A stretch of DNA of 64,000 nt from Podarcis tiliguerta (taxonomy: Eukaryota), in the NCBI GenBank assembly GCA_965153285.1, contig OZ229116.1. One strand, given 5' to 3'. Numbering within the stretch: position 1 is the stretch's first letter; the number at the start of each line of letters is the position of its first letter. This document shows, piece after piece, positions 61,806 through 64,000 of the stretch. The position numbers and the translations under genes are program-made. The notes below the pieces were generated by a model that made no database searches, was not told where the DNA came from, and saw nothing but the letters and a program-made list of their open reading frames with translations.

Positions 61806-62705
61806 GTAATTATATTATAGTCTAGTGCAGCTCCCCTTGGTCAACAGCTGGGGATGATGATAGTTGTACGGCAAAACACTTGGAGGTCACCAGGTTGGGA
61901 TCTGGTGATATTGCAGTGCTTATAAACAGGTATATTTGGCAGATCTACAATTCGACTACTTGTATTTAATCATGATTTTAGCTCATTCTCCACAACAAAC
62001 TTCTCCTGTGCAAGCCCCAATGAGCCCTTAAATTCAAATCAGTAAATGCATTTAAATCTGAATTATTTTTGTGAGTAGTAGTGTGTGTAGCTGCAGTGGG
62101 GAATTGTACATACTAAGTTATTGGAACTTTTTCCTACAGTGTGTATTACAGTGGCCAGGTTCTTGGGGCAGGATATATTTTTGCTGCTTTGTGTGGTACC
62201 AGGTATATATTGACAGAGCTAAATTCCCTATTACTTGAAATATACATTTTATTGAAACACTCGGCCAATTAAGCATTTTTCAAGTTCATTAATGCAAGAG
62301 GATTAAATACTTGAAATGTGCAGAATATCTAAATGTACTGAAGCGTAGCAATGTACAGAAAATGTTAATTACTTGGCTTGAAATGTTGGTACTTTGTGGC
62401 TATGCTCTGAGTCAAATGTGGGAGGTGCTGAAAGAGAATAAAGCATTTCCCCTTTTGGATAGTGGGAGCAAATGTGCCACGGCCAACCATTTGGAAGCAG
62501 AATAGGAGTCACCCCAGATGTGTGACTAACTGCCACCCTTGTGAGCAATATTTAGGGGATGGTCGGAAATTTATTTCCAATGCAGTCACACGTAGGAAAA
62601 TAAATATATGTATATCTCTCTCTCATTAGGCTACATGTTTAGATTTGTACATAAGGGCTGTCTTGTTGCGAATCTTTAAATGTAACTTTCTCCTTTCCAT
62701 GCTAG

Positions 62706-62747
62706 AAACTACGCAGCAGTGGTAGTGCTAATGATCCTGGAACAGAT
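62706..62747 (+). CDS. ATP6V1H: ATP6V1H exon 7 (alternative cassette), KLRSSGSANDPGTD
   Basis: gctag|AAACTACGC...GAT|gtaagt; 42 bp, phase 0 to phase 0. Corresponds to the recalled human KLRGSGVAVETGTVSSSD insert. Confidence 0.88.
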
Positions 62748-64000
62748 GTAAGTATCTCTGCATAACTTGTTAATCTTTCTCTTGATACAGTGGGCTAGAA
62801 ACACTCAAATTAGTGGGAGATGTTGGCCCCGACTACCATTTCAAAGGAACTAAAGCATGACTAACTTAAACTGCAGTCCTAACTCCATATATCTCGGAGT
62901 GTGCCCCGTGGACTTCATAGGACTTACTTCTGCGTAGACATCGTTAGGATTGCACTGTCTGGATCCAGCCCAGAGTATTGTTTCTTGTGGGACACTGATG
63001 CTAGGAAGGCTCGTGCAGTAACCGGGATTGAAATGTATTTTCCAAATATATTGATGTAGAAGATTTGTACTCTCAAGGCAGTTTACAAACAATGGGTGAT
63101 ACCCATAAACTCAGAGTTCACTGGGACGTGCACACCAACCCACAATTCAGCAGCCCTTAGTTTTCTGGCTGATGGATGGGGCCAGACCATGCACCTCTTT
63201 GGTTCTACAGTCCTAGGGCAGCTGGCACTTGGAGCAGAATGTTTTCTGGGAGGGAAAGATTCATGCAGCTGTTCTATCTCTGACCAATAGATTGGTCTTC
63301 CCCATGCCGTGATGTTCTTCCTGGGAGGCTGGGCAATAGGCTTTAGCTTCCCAAGGTCCTTTGACTCTCTGGCCAATAAAGCAATAGAGACTTTGAATAA
63401 TATATCAAATCCAACTAGCTTCTGAGGTTGAGGTTTCTTCCCAGGATCCCTCTGTCTTGTAAATCTCTGCAGCCAGCTCCTCGATCATTTACGGCTGGGA
63501 TGAGGAGCTTGTGGTCCTCCCAGATGTTGCTGGATTCCAACTTCATCAACCCCAGTCAGTTGTGATTTATAATCCAGCAACATCTGGAGGGCCAGATGTT
63601 TATGGCATGATTGTTTTCAGGGTGATCCTAAGCATGCGGCACTGTCAGATCCCACAGGAATATTATCCATCTTTGCACTTTTGGACAATCACTACGATAT
63701 GATGGCATTGAAATGGGTGAAACTATATGTGCAGTAATATCTTATCCTTTATGAAGATCTTATTTGTTTAGCTTATATTTTGATAAGAGAGCAGTCCCAC
63801 AGTTGTGGGGTGGTTGTTTTTAAAGTAATGAAACCAGGCATAGGTTTGGCTCACTCTCTGGGTATCTGTACTGTAAAACTGCAACCTGTGATCCCCAGCC
63901 TCGCCCAACCTGTTTAGCCTTCGCAGGTTACTATTCTGTTGTTGATGATATTGCAGGAAGTTTTTGTGAGATTTGATCTGGAGAAGACAGTTCTGTAGTT

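Noticed and set aside
1-64000. Prokaryotic systems (CRISPR arrays, operons, defence islands)
   Set aside because: The window is intron-rich vertebrate DNA and no regularly spaced repeat-spacer array was seen.

Overview
Vertebrate genomic DNA from a squamate, most likely a lacertid lizard (inferred from the Sauria/Squam SINEs). It spans the divergent (head-to-head) gene pair RGS20 and ATP6V1H. RGS20 is on the minus strand: long-isoform exons at 44226-44336 and 26746-27054, a short-isoform first exon at 24087-24191 in a CpG island, and shared exons at 12167-12315 (cysteine string) and 571-648. Its RGS-box exons lie left of the window. ATP6V1H is on the plus strand: a CpG-island promoter with a CLEAR/M-box, non-coding exon 1 and coding exons 2-7, with the rest right of the window. 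Introns contain a full-length, intact L1 retrotransposon (2290-8499, both ORFs open, TSD up to 23 bp) in sense with RGS20, plus hAT and Tc1/mariner MITEs, SINEs, L2/CR1/L1 fragments and a probable solo LTR. The most unusual element is a ~615-bp hAT-type TIR element (12749-13364) that carries a genomic copy of sepiapterin reductase (SPR) exon 1, i.e. a Pack-TIR gene capture. Its frameshift leaves the retained splice donor in frame with RGS20 exon 3. All homology calls come from recalled protein and repeat sequences; no searches were run.
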